From assembly GCF_018350175.1 (NCBI RefSeq), contig NC_058373.1, forward strand, positions 115,694,001-115,758,000: 64,000 bases of DNA. The letters are read 5' to 3'. Positions 1 to 16,344 of this stretch are shown here, piece after piece. Both the position numbers and the translations under genes were made by a program. Source of the stretch: Felis catus. Its lineage: Eukaryota. Positions within the stretch are counted from its first letter, which is position 1, and every line of letters starts with the position of its first letter. The notes under the pieces were generated by a model. The model worked only from the letters and a program-made list of their open reading frames with translations. It was not told the DNA's origin and made no database searches.

Positions 1-302
1 AGATTCCCATGGTTCATCGCTTACGTACAACACCCTGTGCTCAACCCAACAAGTCCCCTCACCCTCAATGCCCATCACCCATTTTCCCCTCTCCTGCCCC
101 CCCATCTACCCTCAATTTGTTTTCTGTATTTAAGAGTCTCTTATGGTTTGCCTCCCTCCCTCTCTTTTTGTAACTATTTTTTCCCCTCCCCTTCCCCCAT
201 GGTCTTCTGTTAAGTTTCTCAAGATACACATATGAGTGAAAACATAAGATATCTGTCCTTCTCTGACTGACTTACTTCACTCAGCATAGTACCTTCCAGT
301 TC
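1..302 (-). mobile_element. Carnivore L1 3' end fragment
   Basis: Typical L1 3' UTR/ORF2-end text (catatgagtgaaaacataagatatctgtccttctctgactgacttacttcactcagcat); similar to 14800-15050. Confidence 0.8.
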
Positions 303-709
303 AGGCAGCTCTCTTCCAAATGGGATTCAGGGACCCAGGTTACTTCCATATTGTATGGCCTTCATCTTTAATCCAAAGTTGTCATGGGGTTGTTTCTACC
401 TCCATTCCTGCCAGATCAAATGGGAAAATGAGCATGAAGGATTTTAAGTGAAAGAATTTTGAGTGGGAAGATTTTTATGAGCCCAGGCTGGAAGTTCCAT
501 CATCAATTTAACCCACATTCCACCGACCAGAATTTAGTAGTTTATGCCACCAGAGACATGAATGAAAAACTTGAACTGAAGGAGTTACATGTTCCTAGAA
601 TGTTTCATGTTTTTATGGCCCCTTGACAAAATTATTCTGAAAGTTATCTAGAAGGAAAAATAAGGGCAAAAACAGTCAAAAACTTCTCAAAATAAAAATG
701 ATGATGATG

Positions 710-935
710 GGGGCGCCTGGGTGGCTCAGTCGGTTAAGCTGAGTCTGACCTCAGCTCAGGTCATGATCTCACGGTTCGGTTCGTGAGTTCGAGCCCCGCA
801 TTGGGCTCTGTGCTGACAGCTCAGAGCCTGGAGTTGGCTTCAGATTCTGTGTCTCCCTCTCTTTCTGCCCCTCCCCTGCTCATGCTCTGTCTCTCTCTCT
901 CTCAAAAATAAATAAACGTTTAAAAATTTCAAAAG
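710..935 (+). mobile_element. SINEC (carnivore tRNA-derived SINE)
   Basis: ggggcgcctgggtggctcagtcggttaag head, (CT)n tract, A-rich tail. Confidence 0.92.
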
Positions 936-1037
936 TGATGATGACAAATAAGTGCATGGAGGGGGTATTTTCAGTATCATATATAATATTAAAAGTTTAC
1001 AATATTGAAATCAGAATGAAACTCATATCAAAAATAG

Positions 1038-1038
<1 letters not shown>

Positions 1039-1065
<27 letters not shown>
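1039..1065. repeat. (CA)n microsatellite
   Basis: Direct reading. Confidence 0.95.
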
Positions 1066-1069
<4 letters not shown>

Positions 1070-2055
1070 TAGAGTTCAGAAAGTGACTTAAGTATGAATT
1101 AGAAATTGCTTTGAGTAGAATAAATGGGCTTTGCTTCCAAAGCCAATATATGACATGCATTCCCTTTAAAGGGTCCTACCTGGGGTTTGCACTGACTTTG
1201 GCCTCAATGAATTGTTGATGTTTTTCATTATCTGCTAGCCAACACCTCCATCCAGACCTTACTGCCCTTTTATTCAACAATAGGAAGAAGCCACCCGCTT
1301 ATACTTGGGTGAAGCATGTTCAATGTCTTTGTCTGGGTAGTGCTTACACAGGTAGTTACCCATGTAAAAATCCATCAGGCTGTATGTACATTTAAGATTT
1401 GTCAAGTTTATTTTATGTAAATTATACCTCAAAGAAAGATATTTTAAAAAGAAAAAAGTAGAATGACCTTTGAGCATTTATAACCAGGGGATCTGATTAA
1501 GCCTGGATAATTAAGAAGACTTTGCTGGGCAAGTAACATATGAGCTAGAATTTGAAGTGCAAGATGCTGTTAAACAGGCAGAAGGCAAGGCAGACCATTC
1601 TGGATAGAAGGGCCAGCATGTATGAAGGCCCTGTATTGTAAAGTGTCTTGTAGAGGCATTCATCTATATGGTCTTTTAGAACTTTTATAGAGTTGCCTTT
1701 GACATTTAGATTCTTAAACCATCTGATATTAATTTTTGCGTATAATGTGAGGTATGGGTATAATTTTATTTTCCGTCATATAGATAACCAATTATGCCAG
1801 CCCTGTTTGGTAACAAATAATCCTTTTCTACTGATCTGCTATGCTAACTCTATCATATACCACGTTTCAGTATTTGTGTCTCTTTCCAGGCTTTCATTTT
1901 ATTCAACTAGACTCTTTACATCTCCACCAATGTCACACCATCCTTAATTACTATAGCTGTATAAAGACTCTTCATATCTTGTAGGTATGTCTATTCATCT
2001 CTAAGTGTTTCTACAAGAGTGTCTTAGTTATTCTTGGCCTTTCATAAACATTTTA

Positions 2056-3962
<1,907 letters not shown>

Positions 3963-3987
3963 TAAACATTTTAGAATTAGCTTTTAA

Positions 3988-4400
3988 GGGGTGCCTGGAT
4001 GGCTCAGTCAGTTAAGTGTCCAACTCTTGATTCCGGCTCAGGTCATAATCTCAGTCGTGAGATAGAGCTGGCGTTGGACTCCACGCTCAATGTAGAGCCT
4101 GCTTAGGATTCTCTCCTTCTGCCCCTCTCCCACTTGCACATGCACTCACTCTCTCTCAAAAAAATAAAAATAAAAATAAATTAAAAAAAATAGAATTAAC
4201 TTTAAAAATTTTTTTACTTATTTAAGTTTATTTATTTACTTTGAGAGAGAGTAAGCACAAGCAGGGGAGGAGCAGAGAGAAGGATAGACAGAATCCCAAG
4301 CAGGCTCCACACCATCAGTGCACAGCCTAATGTGGGGCTCGAACTCATGAACCGTGAGACCATGACTTGAGCTGAGATCAAGAGTTGGATGCTTAACCAA
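3988..4400. mobile_element. Two SINEC copies in tail-to-tail (inverted) orientation
   Basis: + copy about 3988-4190 and - copy about 4205-4400, separated and flanked by a repeated gaattaactttta target sequence. Confidence 0.85.
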
Positions 4401-5657
4401 CTGTGCCACTCAGGATCCCCGAAAAAGAATTAACTTTTAAGATCAGAAAAACATTTATTGGATTTTGATTGCAATTGCATTGAAAAAATACAAGTATTTG
4501 AGAGAGAAGTGACAGCTTTATGATAATGTTTTCCAATCCACGAACATGATGTATCTCTTGTTTTATTTGGGCAACTTTAATTCATTAAAGGTTTATCATT
4601 TTTTTTTTCAGTGAAAGTGTTGTGTGTCTTCTGTTAGCTTTTCCTAGGTATTTATATTTTTGAAGTTTCCATAAATATTATTTTTACTGTTTCTTGTTGC
4701 TAAATAAAAATGTAATAATTTGTGTAATTACATTTTACCTAACAGACTTGCTAGATACTCTTTAATAATTTGCCTTTAGATTATTTTGGATTGTCTACAA
4801 AGAAAATCATGTCGTTTATGAATTATGACCATTTTATTTACTTCTTTACAATACTTATAAATTTATTTATTTCCTTGCCTTACTGTGTTGGCCTGGGACT
4901 CCAGAACAATGATTAATGGAAGTAGTAATAGATAACCTGTGTCTTCTAATAAATCTTAAGGAGAATGCTTCATTTTTTTCAGAGGTAAATATGATATTTG
5001 TTGTAGGCTTAATTTTGTTCGAGCAGGAAGTTTCCTTTTATTTTTAATTTGCTAACAATGTTTTTTAAAAGTCATGAAAGAGTGTTGAAATTTAACTAAG
5101 TAGTTGTATAACTTGAACTGGTTATATGGTCTTCTTTAATCTGTTAATGTTGGAAATTATATCAATTGATTTTCAAATGTTGAACCAATGTTGCATTACC
5201 AGAATAAATTAAACTTAGTCATAAGGTAGTATGTCTTTTATATGTTGCTAAATTCAGTTTGCTAATATTTTATTTAAAAATTTTAAATCCATGTTCATTA
5301 TTGAGCATTACCTATAATTTTCTTTCTTATTTTCTCTTTCTTGGATTTTAATTATCATGATTATACCATTCTCTTAAAATAAATTATAGAGTATTCTCTC
5401 TTTTATAAGTTTCTGGAAGAGCTGGTTTAAGATTGGAATTATCTCTTTCTTGACTGTCAGGTAGAATTCAACACAATCATTCAATAGGATCTTGTTGATT
5501 TTCTGGCTGGTAGTTCTATCAGTTTCTGAGATGGGCTGTTTAAGTCCCCAGCTGTAATTGTGGTTTGTCTATTTCTCCTTTCAGCTAGATCAGTTTTTGC
5601 TTCATGTAATTTGAAGCTCTGAAGTTGAGTGCATACACATTTAGGATAATTACATCT

Positions 5658-6069
5658 TCTGTTAAGAGTTGAATTGTGTCATCCAAAAAGATATGTTGAA
5701 GTCATAACTCCTGGTATCTGTGAATTTGACCTCACTTGGAAATAGATGCAATCAGGTTATAGTGAGGCCACGTTGGATTAGGGTCGGCTTTATAAGAAGA
5801 AAAAAAATTGGACACAGACACAGGGAGAAGGTAGCTATGTGATGAAAGAGGCAGAAATTGAAGTGATGCATCTACAAGCCAAGGAATGCCAAAGGTTGCC
5901 AGGAAACACCAGAAGCTAGAAGGCAAAAAGAAGAATTCTCCCCTACACGTTTCAGAGGGAGCATGGCCTTGCCAACACCTTAATTTCAGGATTTTACCCT
6001 CCAAAACTGTGAGATAATAAATTTATATTGTTTTAAGCCACCCAGTTTGTGGTACTTAGGAAACTAATG
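5658..6069 (+). mobile_element. MLT1-type MaLR solo LTR
   Basis: gttgaattgtgtc...aaaagatatgttgaagtc start; ...gttttaagccacccagtttgtggtactt...aaactaat end. Confidence 0.85.
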
Positions 6070-7069
6070 TATCTTCCTAGTGGACTGATCCTTTATCATT
6101 GTGTAATATTCCTCCTTGTCTCTAGTAATAATCCTTTGCTTTGAAATCTACTTTATCAGATATGAATATGCCACTCCTGGTTTTTTAGATCAATGTTTGC
6201 ATCGTAAATCTTTTTCAATCATTTTTTTCAACCTACCTATTTCATTGAATTTGAAGTGAATTTCTTGTACACAGCATATTTTTAAGTGATGTTTATTTAT
6301 TCATCCCACTTATCTTTGCCTTTTAACTGGTATATTTAGACCACACTCAAGGTGATGTTGTTAATGCTTAAGTCTGCAATTTTGTTATTTGTTTTTGTTT
6401 CCACTAGTTCTCATTCCTTTGTTTCTTTTTCTTGCCTTTCTGTGGGTTATTTGAACATTTTTTTTAGGATCTTATTTGTAGTGTGTTTGAGTGTGTCTCT
6501 TTGTATACTTTTCATAGTGGTTGCTCTAAATATTACAATATAAATATATGACTTATTATGTTCTACTGGCATCAACATTTGAGCATTTATAGTGAAGTTC
6601 AGTAACCTTACTTCTATTTAGGTCCCTTTGCCTTCTCCACTTTCAAATATCATTGTCTTGAGTATCAGGTGGTGTTACAGTTTTTGTTTCAGTCATCAAA
6701 TATGACTTCTAGAACTCAGGAGGAGAAGGACAGTCTACTGTATGTACCCATATTTCTAATCTTCCCATTGTTCTTCCTTCCTGATGCTCCAAGATTCCTT
6801 CTTTTATCATATCTTGTCTCTTTGAAGACATTCCTTTCGCTAATAAGGGTAGGTCTGCTAGAGACCAATTCTTGGCATTTTCCTTCCTTCAAAAGTGTCT
6901 TTATTTCCTCTTCATTCCTGAAGGATAGTTTCACAGGAAATAGAATTCATGGTTGACAGTTCTGTTCTTTCACCACTTGAAAAATGCACCACTTCCTTCT
7001 GGGCCTGCATATTTTTTATGAGACATCTTCTGTCATTGGAATTAGTGTTCTTTATAGGGAATGCATCAT

Positions 7070-7738
7070 CTGGAAGCTGCCTTGGCCCTTCTGGCCAACC
7101 TGGTAGTTCTCAAGCCTCAGCAAGTACCCACAGCCTGTGTGATTAACTAAATCTTTCTTCGTGTATCTATAGATCAGGCATTCTTTTCAAAAACAAAGCC
7201 CATCTACACATCACCAAATTCTCTTGCACAAACCTCCCTCCCCTCTGGGCACCAAGGAACTAGACCCCCTTGCACAACCTCCAAGCTGAGATAACATCTG
7301 TAGCTGGCACCATCAAGTCTCCATGCAATCAAAAAATGCTATGGATTGGGGCACCTGGGTGGCTCATTCAGTTAAGCATCCAACTCTTGATTTTGGCTCA
7401 AGTCATGATCTCATGGTCGTAAGCCTGCTTAAGATTCTCTCTCTCCCTCTCTCTCTCTCTCTCTGCCTACCCCCCTCGCTCTCTCTAATAATAATAATAA
7501 ATAATAAATAAAAAGAGTAATGTTACAGATCAATGCACTCTCTTTACTGATTAACTGCCCTAAACTCCTTTAAAAACCCCTGCACCAGGCAGACACCTTA
7601 AAGCTGGCCTTTGGACAAGATTCTGCCTTTTCCCCAGATTGCCCGACGCCTGAAAAAAGCTCATACTCTTTTTCAAACAAAACTCTTGAGTATTGGCTTT
7701 TTGAGTAATGGGCAGTCAAACTTGGGTTTTGGTAACAA
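7070..7738 (+). mobile_element. LTR fragment (ERV-type) carrying a SINEC at about 7347-7515
   Basis: Non-L1 block interrupting L1; ends with LTR-like ...gggttttggtaaca; tttaaaa TATA-like motif. Confidence 0.55.
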
Positions 7739-9859
7739 TTTCTATTTTCAAGATTTTTTTTCTTTTTCTGAAGTTTCCATAAGTTGTGTTGTGTGTTGGA
7801 GTAGACCTCTTCGGATTTGTTCTGTTTGGGATTTGTTCATCTTGAATATATAGGTTTGTGTCTTTTGCCAAATGTGGGACGTTTTCAGCTATTATTTCTT
7901 TGAATACTCTTTCAGTCTCACTCTCTTTTTCTGGGACTCTGATACGAATGTTTGCACTGTCTCACAGGTCCCTCCTGATCCCCTGAAGCTCTATTCTTCT
8001 TTTTTCCTCAGCCTATCTTACCTCTTGTTCATACTGGATAAGTTCTGTCGATTTGTGCTAAAGTTCACTGCGTCTATCCCCGGTCATCTTCATTCTACTA
8101 TTTAACCCAGCAATATAAAAGAAATATTTAATTGTATTTTTCAGTTCTATAATTTTGATGTTTCTTTTTTATATAACTTCTGTTTCTTTGCTCACATTTT
8201 CTGTTTTTTTCTTGTTTGAAAAGAATGTGTAATGATTGTTAAAGCACTTTACAATGGCCTCTTTAAAAATCCTTGTCAGATAATTCCAACATCTGATTCA
8301 TTTCCATATTGGTATTAGATGATCGTTTTTTCTCATTGAAGTTGTGATTTTCTTGGTTCTTGGTATGATGAGTGATTTTCAATTATACCCTGGACATTTT
8401 GCCCATTATGTTAAAAACAACAACAACAAAAAACCAACTCTGGTCCCTATCTAAACACTTTATTTTAACAGGCATTTACCTTGTTTAGGTTTAGCATGCA
8501 AGTTCTATCCAACTTTTGTGAGCTGTAGTTTCAGTGACAGTTTAATTTTCAGAGCCTTTGTGGTATTATTTTGGTCTCCTTGCTTTTTTCAGGTGACACT
8601 GGGATTCCCACTTGTTCCTACTGTTGCTGCCTAAGAAAACAGAAGGATTTGTGCAGACTGGGCCATTTAGTGTCCTCCAGCAAGGAGAAGGGAGCCTTAG
8701 TTCTACAGGGACAAAGAAGCTTCCTGGCTGGGCAGCCTGTTGTGGTGGGGTCCCTCTTGCTGATCACCTGTCCTCCCACCCCAGTGTCTCTGAATGGAGA
8801 AGGGAAATCTCAGGCCCATGAACACAAAAAGATGTGCCATGCCTTGCTACTGTTGTGATAGCGCCTCTCCTGTTCATGTTATGTGGCCTCTCTAGTGTCT
8901 CTGACTAGGAGAGGGCAGTCTCAGGCCCACAAGGACAAAGCAGACTTTCCTGCTTGGGATGCAAATTGTGATGGGGGCCAGCGGTCCAGTGCTGCTCAGC
9001 TGTCCCAGTATCTCTTGATGGGGGAAGTGAATCTCAGGCCCAGAAAAGTGCTATCCCTAACCACTAATCATTAGCAGGGCTCCTTGCCAGTGATGCCAGG
9101 CTCGCAGGGTGGTGTTTTCCTGTTTGATACTGGTGGGGAGACGGCAGGGGGAAGGGGAATGGGAAGTGGTGAATGAACCAACCTGGGCTACTTGCTGTTG
9201 CTAAGATGGGTGTTCAGAAACACTGGGTCCGAGGTGCCGTTGGGTGAGGTGTTTGTAAAATACGCTGCTGCTGGGTATTGAGATTCCAAACCAGTTTGCC
9301 ATCTTTTTACAACCTTTTATTAGAGTTCTCCTTTGGCTACCTTTTGTGTTACTTCCAGGGTCTACAGATGTATTTAGTGGGAAGGAGCAGAGAGAAACAA
9401 ATCTACACCATCTTATGTGAACTGGAAATTATTTACTTATTCAGTTCTCTTACCATTTGTAGACTATTCAGGTTTTCTATTCATTTGAAAATCAGCTTTG
9501 GTAAGTTAACTTTTCTAGGACTTTATTTTCTTTAAGTTTCTAGGACTAAGTTTTCAAATGTGCTGTCAAAAAGATTTCATTTTATTGTCTTTAAATCTCT
9601 ATAGTTATAGTTTTATTATTTTTTTTTTAATTTCTTATTGTGTTTGTTTATTCTCTTTTGTTCCCCCCCTGGTAATCTTTGCTAAAGAATTACCTATTTT
9701 TTTTAAGATTTTATTTTTAAGTAATCTCCAAAACCCAACGTGGGGCTTGAACTCACAGCCCTAAAATCAAGAGTCACATGCTCTATCAACTGAGCCAGCT
9801 AGGCATCCCAAGAGTTATCTATTTTATAAGCCCTTTTTTAAAATGTTTATTTACTTCAT

Positions 9860-10234
9860 TTTTTAATGTTAATTTATTTTTGAGAGAGAGAGAGCATGAG
9901 CAGTGGAGGGGCAGAGAGAAAGGGAGACACAGAATTTGAAGCAGGCTCAGAGCCCGATGCGGGGCTCGTACTCACAAACCATGAGATCATGACCCAAGCC
10001 CAAGTCAGTAGCTTAACCGACTGAGTCACCCAGGCGCCCCTATTTATTTCTGAGAGAAAGAGACAGAGTGCAAATTGGCGAAGGGCAGAGAAAAAGGGAG
10101 ACACAGAATCTGAAGCAGGCTCCAGGCTCTGAGCTGTCAGCACAGAGCCCAACGCCAGGCTCGAATCTACCAACCATGAGATCATGACCTGAGCTGAAGT
10201 CAGAAGCTTAACCAACGGAGCCACTCAGGTGCCC
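9860..10234 (-). mobile_element. Two tandem/nested SINEC copies
   Basis: Two reverse-complement heads (ending about 10040 and about 10234); one copy appears inserted in the A-tail of the other. Confidence 0.88.
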
Positions 10235-10479
10235 CATAAGTCTTTTTGAATTGCTAGTTTATACCTTTGATGAGTCTTTCAACTTTATGTTAATTTATTA
10301 ATTTCCTCCACTCTGCCTTTCTTTGGGTTTGTTCTCAATTCTTTTCCAAATTTCTTAAATTGGAGACTTAGCTTATTAATTTTCAGCCTTTCTTCTTTTC
10401 CAATATATGTATCGTTTAAGACTATAAATATCCCTATAAACCCAGCAGTACTTACACAGAAAGTTTTGATATATAACAT

Positions 10480-10880
10480 GTGGTCTCCTATAGAGGAGGG
10501 ATGCCAGCTTCACCCAAAGTTTTGATGTGGAGACTGATGACACCACACATACACTGAGAGTATGAAAAAGTTTATTCCTGACATAATAAGGTTTTCTGGG
10601 GAGTAAGGTAAGCTTGAAAGCAGCTCCAAAGATGGCTTGGGAGAGCAGGAAGGGGCAACTGGCTTGGGATTTTATGGTGGTTAAGGGGTGGGTTTGAGGT
10701 GAGAGTTCCCACAGGTTGACTAGAGCTTGTGTGGCTTGAATGTCTTACTAGTACCAGAGGAAGGAAGGAACATCCAAACTTTCCTATCTCCTTGCCCAGC
10801 AGTGAGACGAAGGCGAAGGAGTGGTGGAGCCTGAAAATTATCAGCAAACATCACCAATGGAGTCAGACTCTTTATGGCAA
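10480..10880 (-). mobile_element. Old ERVL-class LTR (same family as 31243-31608)
   Basis: Shared blocks gtatgaaaa(a/g)gtttatt...ataataagg(t/c)tttctggggag and ctctttat..ca between the two copies; minus-strand AATAAA. Confidence 0.6.
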
Positions 10881-13713
10881 AGAATATTACCACTATAATT
10901 TATTTCTAAATATTGTTAGTGCCATCATGACTTCTTTGAGTAAGAGTGGTTTAGAAGTATGTGTGTATATTCTAAAGTATCTAACTTTAGATGGTGTTTT
11001 CGCTGTATTTAAAAACTTCTAACTAGAGGCGCCTGAGTGGCTCAGTCAGGTAAGCGGCCGACTTCGGCTCAGATCATAATCTAGTCATTTGTGGCTTTGA
11101 GCCCCACATCAGGCACCACGCTGACAGTGTGGAGCCTGCTTGGGATTCTCTCTCTTCCCCTCTCTCTGCCCCTCCCTGGCTTGTGCTGTCTCTCTCACTC
11201 TCTCTCAAAATAAATAAACTTTAAAAAATAAAAATAAAAATTTCTAACTAAACCGCATTGTGATTGGAGAATGTGGTAGTATGTTAATTTTGATATGTTT
11301 CACAAGAATTTTAAAGGAATTTTAATTCTCAAATTTAGAATGTAATGTTTGAGTTACTTTTCTCCACTTGTTTTAAAAATTATCCTTTTCTTTGCTGTCT
11401 ACGATTTCACCATGACTTGTCAAAGTTTTCTTTTATTTATTTTCTTTTATTTATTCTATTTGTGATACATGAAGGCTTTGTGTGTGTTTCTCATAAAATG
11501 TGGAAAATTCTCTGTCACTATCTCTTTGAAGACTGCCTCTTCCTCCTTTTCTGTTATTTCTGTTTTAGACTTTGAATAGATACTTCTTGGAACTTGGTGC
11601 TCTAGCCTCCTTATCTAATATTTCTTTCATTTTTCCATTTTCTGGATAATTTGAATTCTGGGTAATTTCTTCCAATGTACCTTTCAGTACACCAATTTTC
11701 TCTAAACTGTTCTAACGTGCTCCACTGAGTTTTATCAGTCTAATTATTTTATTTTTCATTTCTAGAAATTCTTGCTGGCTGTTGTCCAAATCTTAGTGGT
11801 CTCCCTTCAAATTCTTTTATTCTTTGAGCACATTTTGAGCTTTTAAATTTTTCTTTAAATATATTAAGTATGTTTATTTTATAATCTATGCATGATAATT
11901 TGAATATGTTAAGTCTTTTGGGGCCTAATACAACTGTTGTTTCTTTGGCTGTCACTTATGGGACCTTATTTCTGCCCTATTATCTGTTTTTCCTAGAGCT
12001 GTTTATTTGTTCATTCATTCATTCATGTATTCATTCGTTCATTCATTCACTTTGGAATCTTTGGGAATGCTTTGGGATTTCGTTGGAAGTCGCATTCCTG
12101 AAAAGATGATTTGCTTTTGCTTAAGGGCACTATATCAACCTGGATAAATTAAATTATCTACTGAAAGTTTTTAGAGATTTCTAGGAGTCACATAGATTGT
12201 ATGCATTTGGCCTCAAACCTACTTTGGGCACGCCTGGTATTATAAATTCTCATGGGAGATTACCTACCTCTCCTTTGTTACAAGTTTGAGACAAGTAATT
12301 TTCACCCCTCTCCTCCTTTTTTTGTAGAAGGTTTGTTTCTCATTTTCCTTTTGGGTTCTAGCTTTATGAAGAGATCTCCTGTTAGACTTCTGAGGTCCGA
12401 CTTCACTCCTGTTCCCTGGCATAACACAGGCACTGAAACCCCCAAAGATCAAAATCTCCAGGGATTAGGAGAAATCCCTTTAGGAGAAATTAGGGATTAG
12501 GAGAAATTTCCCATTAGGGAAAAAGCAGACCTGGGTGCTCTCTTACTTATTGGGAGTTCCTCCTAGTATTATTTTTGGCCTCTGTAAATCCTTTCATTTG
12601 TCTCAACTCAGAAAATCTTTAAACAAATTTTTTAAAATAGACTTTTATTTTTTAAGTTTTAGGTTCACGGCAAAATTGAGCATACAGTACCAAGAGTTCC
12701 CACATACCCTCTGCTTCCCCCCCGTGCCACAACCTCTCACTTCTCTGATGGATCTCACTAAAGTTGTTAATTTTTCAGTTTATTTAGCGTTTCCCTTGTT
12801 GTTGAGACAGAATGCAACTTCCAAGCTTCCAAGCTTTCTCACATGGGAGACCAGAAACCAGAGTTTTACTTTTCTTTTTTACGGTTTCTCAGTGGTCTCC
12901 CCTCATCTACGGTCAACAATTTTAAAAATATCTTATTTACAGTTTTAATTACTTTAGTCTAAAAGGGTTATTCCAGGTATCTAGTTGGCCAAAGTATCCA
13001 AAATGGAAATCCTTATTATTTTCTTTTGAATCAGAATTGTTAGCTTTCTAATTTGGCAATCTATATTGCAACTATCCAATTTATACTGCAACTATCACTT
13101 TGAGAGTTCTTGTTTCTCCTCACGCTGACCTAGGCATACCTTGAACATAGTCTGAACATCTTTACCTATATTACCTACTTCGTTGTATCTCATCTTTATC
13201 TAAATGCCTATCGTTACTAACATTTTATTGATTTGTAAGAGTTTATTATTATAAACCTCGTTTGCCAAATCTTATCTATTGTATCTTTTCCCCAGGTACT
13301 CAGTTTCCTGTGTTTTTTTTTTTTTTTACCTTAAATTTGATGTATTTCCTATTCCTAAGTTCCAACTCAAAAATTCTAATTCACCAGGTTTGAAGTAAGC
13401 TCTAAGAATATGTATTTTAAAGAAATACTCAGCTGTTACTGTGAACCACATCCTGCAAAAATACTAATAGATACTATTAGTTTCATAGATCATTAGATAA
13501 ATCAAAAAAAAGGTACCGTGACTTCAAGTCTGCTATTCTTCACACTATACCAGTTACACCTTTCTGACCCCACTTTGGTTCTTGCTTCCTTCTTTCTCCA
13601 TCCAATTTTCACAAGACACTACCCATTACTACAAACATGAAAATCCTGTGGCAGATAAGAGAAGTATAAGCTGCTTTTCTAGTAGACATGAAGTCATTAA
13701 AACTGCAGACCTT

Positions 13714-13942
13714 GGGGCGCCTGGGTGGCTCAGTCGGTTGAGCACCCGACTTCGACTCAGGTCATGATCTCGCAGTTCATGAGTTCGAGCCCCACATCGG
13801 GCTCTGTGCTGACAGCTCGGAGCCTGAAGCCTGCTTCGGATTCTGTGTCTCCCTCTCTCTGCCCCTTCCCCACTCATGCTTTGTCTCTCTCTATCTCTCA
13901 AAAATGAATAAACATTAAAAAAAATTATAAAAAAAAAAAAAA
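13714..13942 (+). mobile_element. SINEC_Fc
   Basis: Full head, CT tract and A tail; TSD actgcagacctt. Confidence 0.92.
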
Positions 13943-14764
13943 GACTGCAGACCTTAACACCAGACAGATCTGGGTTCAAGTCCTGGCTCACAGGATTATT
14001 TTTTCAGCTGCTGTGTGATCTTAGCCATGATTACATAAGGAGGTTACTTAATCTCTTTATGCCTCAGTTGTCTCATTGGTAACATGTAAATAATCAAGAC
14101 ACTTAAACTCACAGTCAGAATAGCGGTTAATGGAATAGTATTTGAAAAGCAGAGGCTTCGAAGCATAGTAAGTGACCGATCACAAACAGTAGCACTTCTG
14201 TGTTACTATTTTTTTTGCTGAGCTTATGAGAATTTGCTCTAATTTTTGTACCAAGGTCAGGGCTACAGTTCTGCCTCAGATGCAGGTAATAAAGAAATAT
14301 ATTATCTGGAAAGAATTAAAAACCAACTGAGTAAAAGTCTGCCTGCTTTTTAAAAAAATTAATTATTTCATTTTTTTTTTTTAATTTTAGAAAGAGAACA
14401 CACGAGTAGGGAAGAGGGGCAGAGGGGGAGAGAGAGAATCTTAAGCAGGCGCCAAGAGTCCAAGAGTTGGACAGTTAACTGACTGAGCCACCCAGGCGTC
14501 CCAAAGTCTGCCAGCTTTTTATCGTTACTATATAAATCTGGAATTCTAAACAAGTACTATTCCCCGAATATTTTTTGTTGTTGTTGGACTAGGTTCTAAA
14601 TAATTGCCATGGCTACTGTTAAGTTTTTATTATACGTGACCTTCAAGGTAGCAATTTTGTTGCTTATTCTTCAGTAAACATTGCATTCTACATGGAGGTT
14701 AAGGATGAGAGCTCTGGCCCTTGCCATTCAGACTAGCTCCATTCATTCATTCATTCATTCATTC

Positions 14765-15095
14765 ACATCCAAGTTAGTTAGCATATAGTGCAACAATGAT
14801 TTCAGGAGTAGATTCCTTAATGCCCCTTACCCATCTAAACATCCCCTCTCCCACAACCCTGTTTATTCTCTATATTTAAGAGTCTTTTATGTTTTGTCCC
14901 CCTCCCTGTTTTTATATTGTTTTTGCTTCCCTTCCCTTATGTTCATCTGTTTTGTATCTTAAAGTCTTCATATGAGTGAAGTCATATGATATTTGTCTTT
15001 CTCTGCCTAATTTCGCTTAGCCTAATGCCCTCTAGTTCCATCCACGTAGTTGTAAATGGCAAGATTTCATTCTTTTTGATTGCTGAGTAATACTC

Positions 15096-15150
<55 letters not shown>

Positions 15151-16134
15151 CACCACATCTTCTTTATCCATTCATCCACTGATGGACATTCGGGCTCTTT
15201 CCATACTTTGGCTATTGTTGGTAGTGCTGCTATAAACATTGGGGTGCATGAGTCCCTTCAAAACAGCACACCTGTATCCCTTGCATCTGCTGGGTCATAG
15301 GGTAATTCTAGTTTTAATTTTTTGAGGAACCTCCATACTGTTTTCCAGAGTGGCTGCACAAGTTTGCATTCCCACCAGCAGTGCAAAAGAGATCCTCTTT
15401 CTCCGCATTCTCACCAACATCTGTTGTTGCCTGAATTGTTAATGTTAGCCATTTTGACAGGTGTGAGGTGGTATCTCATTGTGGTTTTGATTTGTATTTC
15501 CCTGATGATGAGTGATGTTGAGCATTTTTTTTTATGTGTCAGCTGGTCATCTGGATGTCTTCTTTGGAGAAGTGTCTATTCATGTCTTTTGCCCATTTCT
15601 TTACAAGATTATTTGTTTTTGAGTTTGATAAGTTCTTTATAGATTTTGGATACTAACCCTTTATCTGATATGTCATTTGCAAATATCTTTTCCCATTCCA
15701 TTGGTTGCCTTTTAGTTTTGCTGATTGTTTCCTTTGCTGTGCAGAAGCTTTTTATTTTGATGAGGTCCCAATAGCTCATTTTTGCTTTTGTTTCCCTTGC
15801 CTCTGGAGACGTGTTGAGTAAGAAGTTGCTGCGGCTGAGGCCAAAGAGGTTTTCGCCTGCTTTCTCCTCGAGGATTTTGATGGCTTCCTGTCTTACATTT
15901 AGGTCTTTCATCTATTTTGAGTTTGTTTTTGTGGATGGTGTAAGAAAGTGGTCAAATTTCATTTTTCTGCATGTCGCTGTCCAGATTTCCCAGCACCATT
16001 TGCTGAAGAGACTGTCTGTATTCCATTGGATATTCTTTCCTGCTTTGTCAAAGATTAGTTGGCCATACATTTGTGGGTCTATTTCTGGGATCTCTATTCT
16101 GTTCCACTGATCTGAGTGTCTGTTTTTGTGCCAT
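14765..16134 (-). mobile_element. 5'-truncated carnivore L1 (ORF2 C-terminal part + 3' UTR)
   Basis: ORF-track peptides ([14 protein letters not shown]..., LIKIKSFCTAKETI..., MFIAALPTIAKVWKEPECPSVDEWIKKMW) are L1 ORF2; broken by stops and frameshifts; internal (TG)n at 15100-15147. Confidence 0.93.
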
Positions 16135-16344
16135 CCATGCATTCATTTTGAGAGTAAGTTTGTAAGGGTTCATAATCATTCAAACTAACTTTGGGTGTAG
16201 TTTGTTTCTCAATTCATATGATACCACACATTCTGGTGTTCAAACAAAAAATTCAAATAATGATAGCACAGTGATTGTAAAGACAAAGATACATTCTTCA
16301 ACTCTGTCATTGTATGTGATAGTGAGGTTTTTATTTGTACTTAA

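Larger units (their letters stand above)
4440..9450 (-). mobile_element. Old L1 (L1M-type) segments, interrupted by LTRs and a SINE
   Basis: Long T-rich degenerate L1 antisense sequence; ORF 6716..6934 (KLSFRNEEEIKT...SRPTL) resembles the L1 ORF1 C-terminus. Confidence 0.75.

Noticed and set aside
710..800. tRNA-like A/B-box sequences and the many MAQSVK... / ...GRERGRHRI... ORFs across the window
   Set aside because: All are SINEC heads or bodies, not tRNA genes or proteins.
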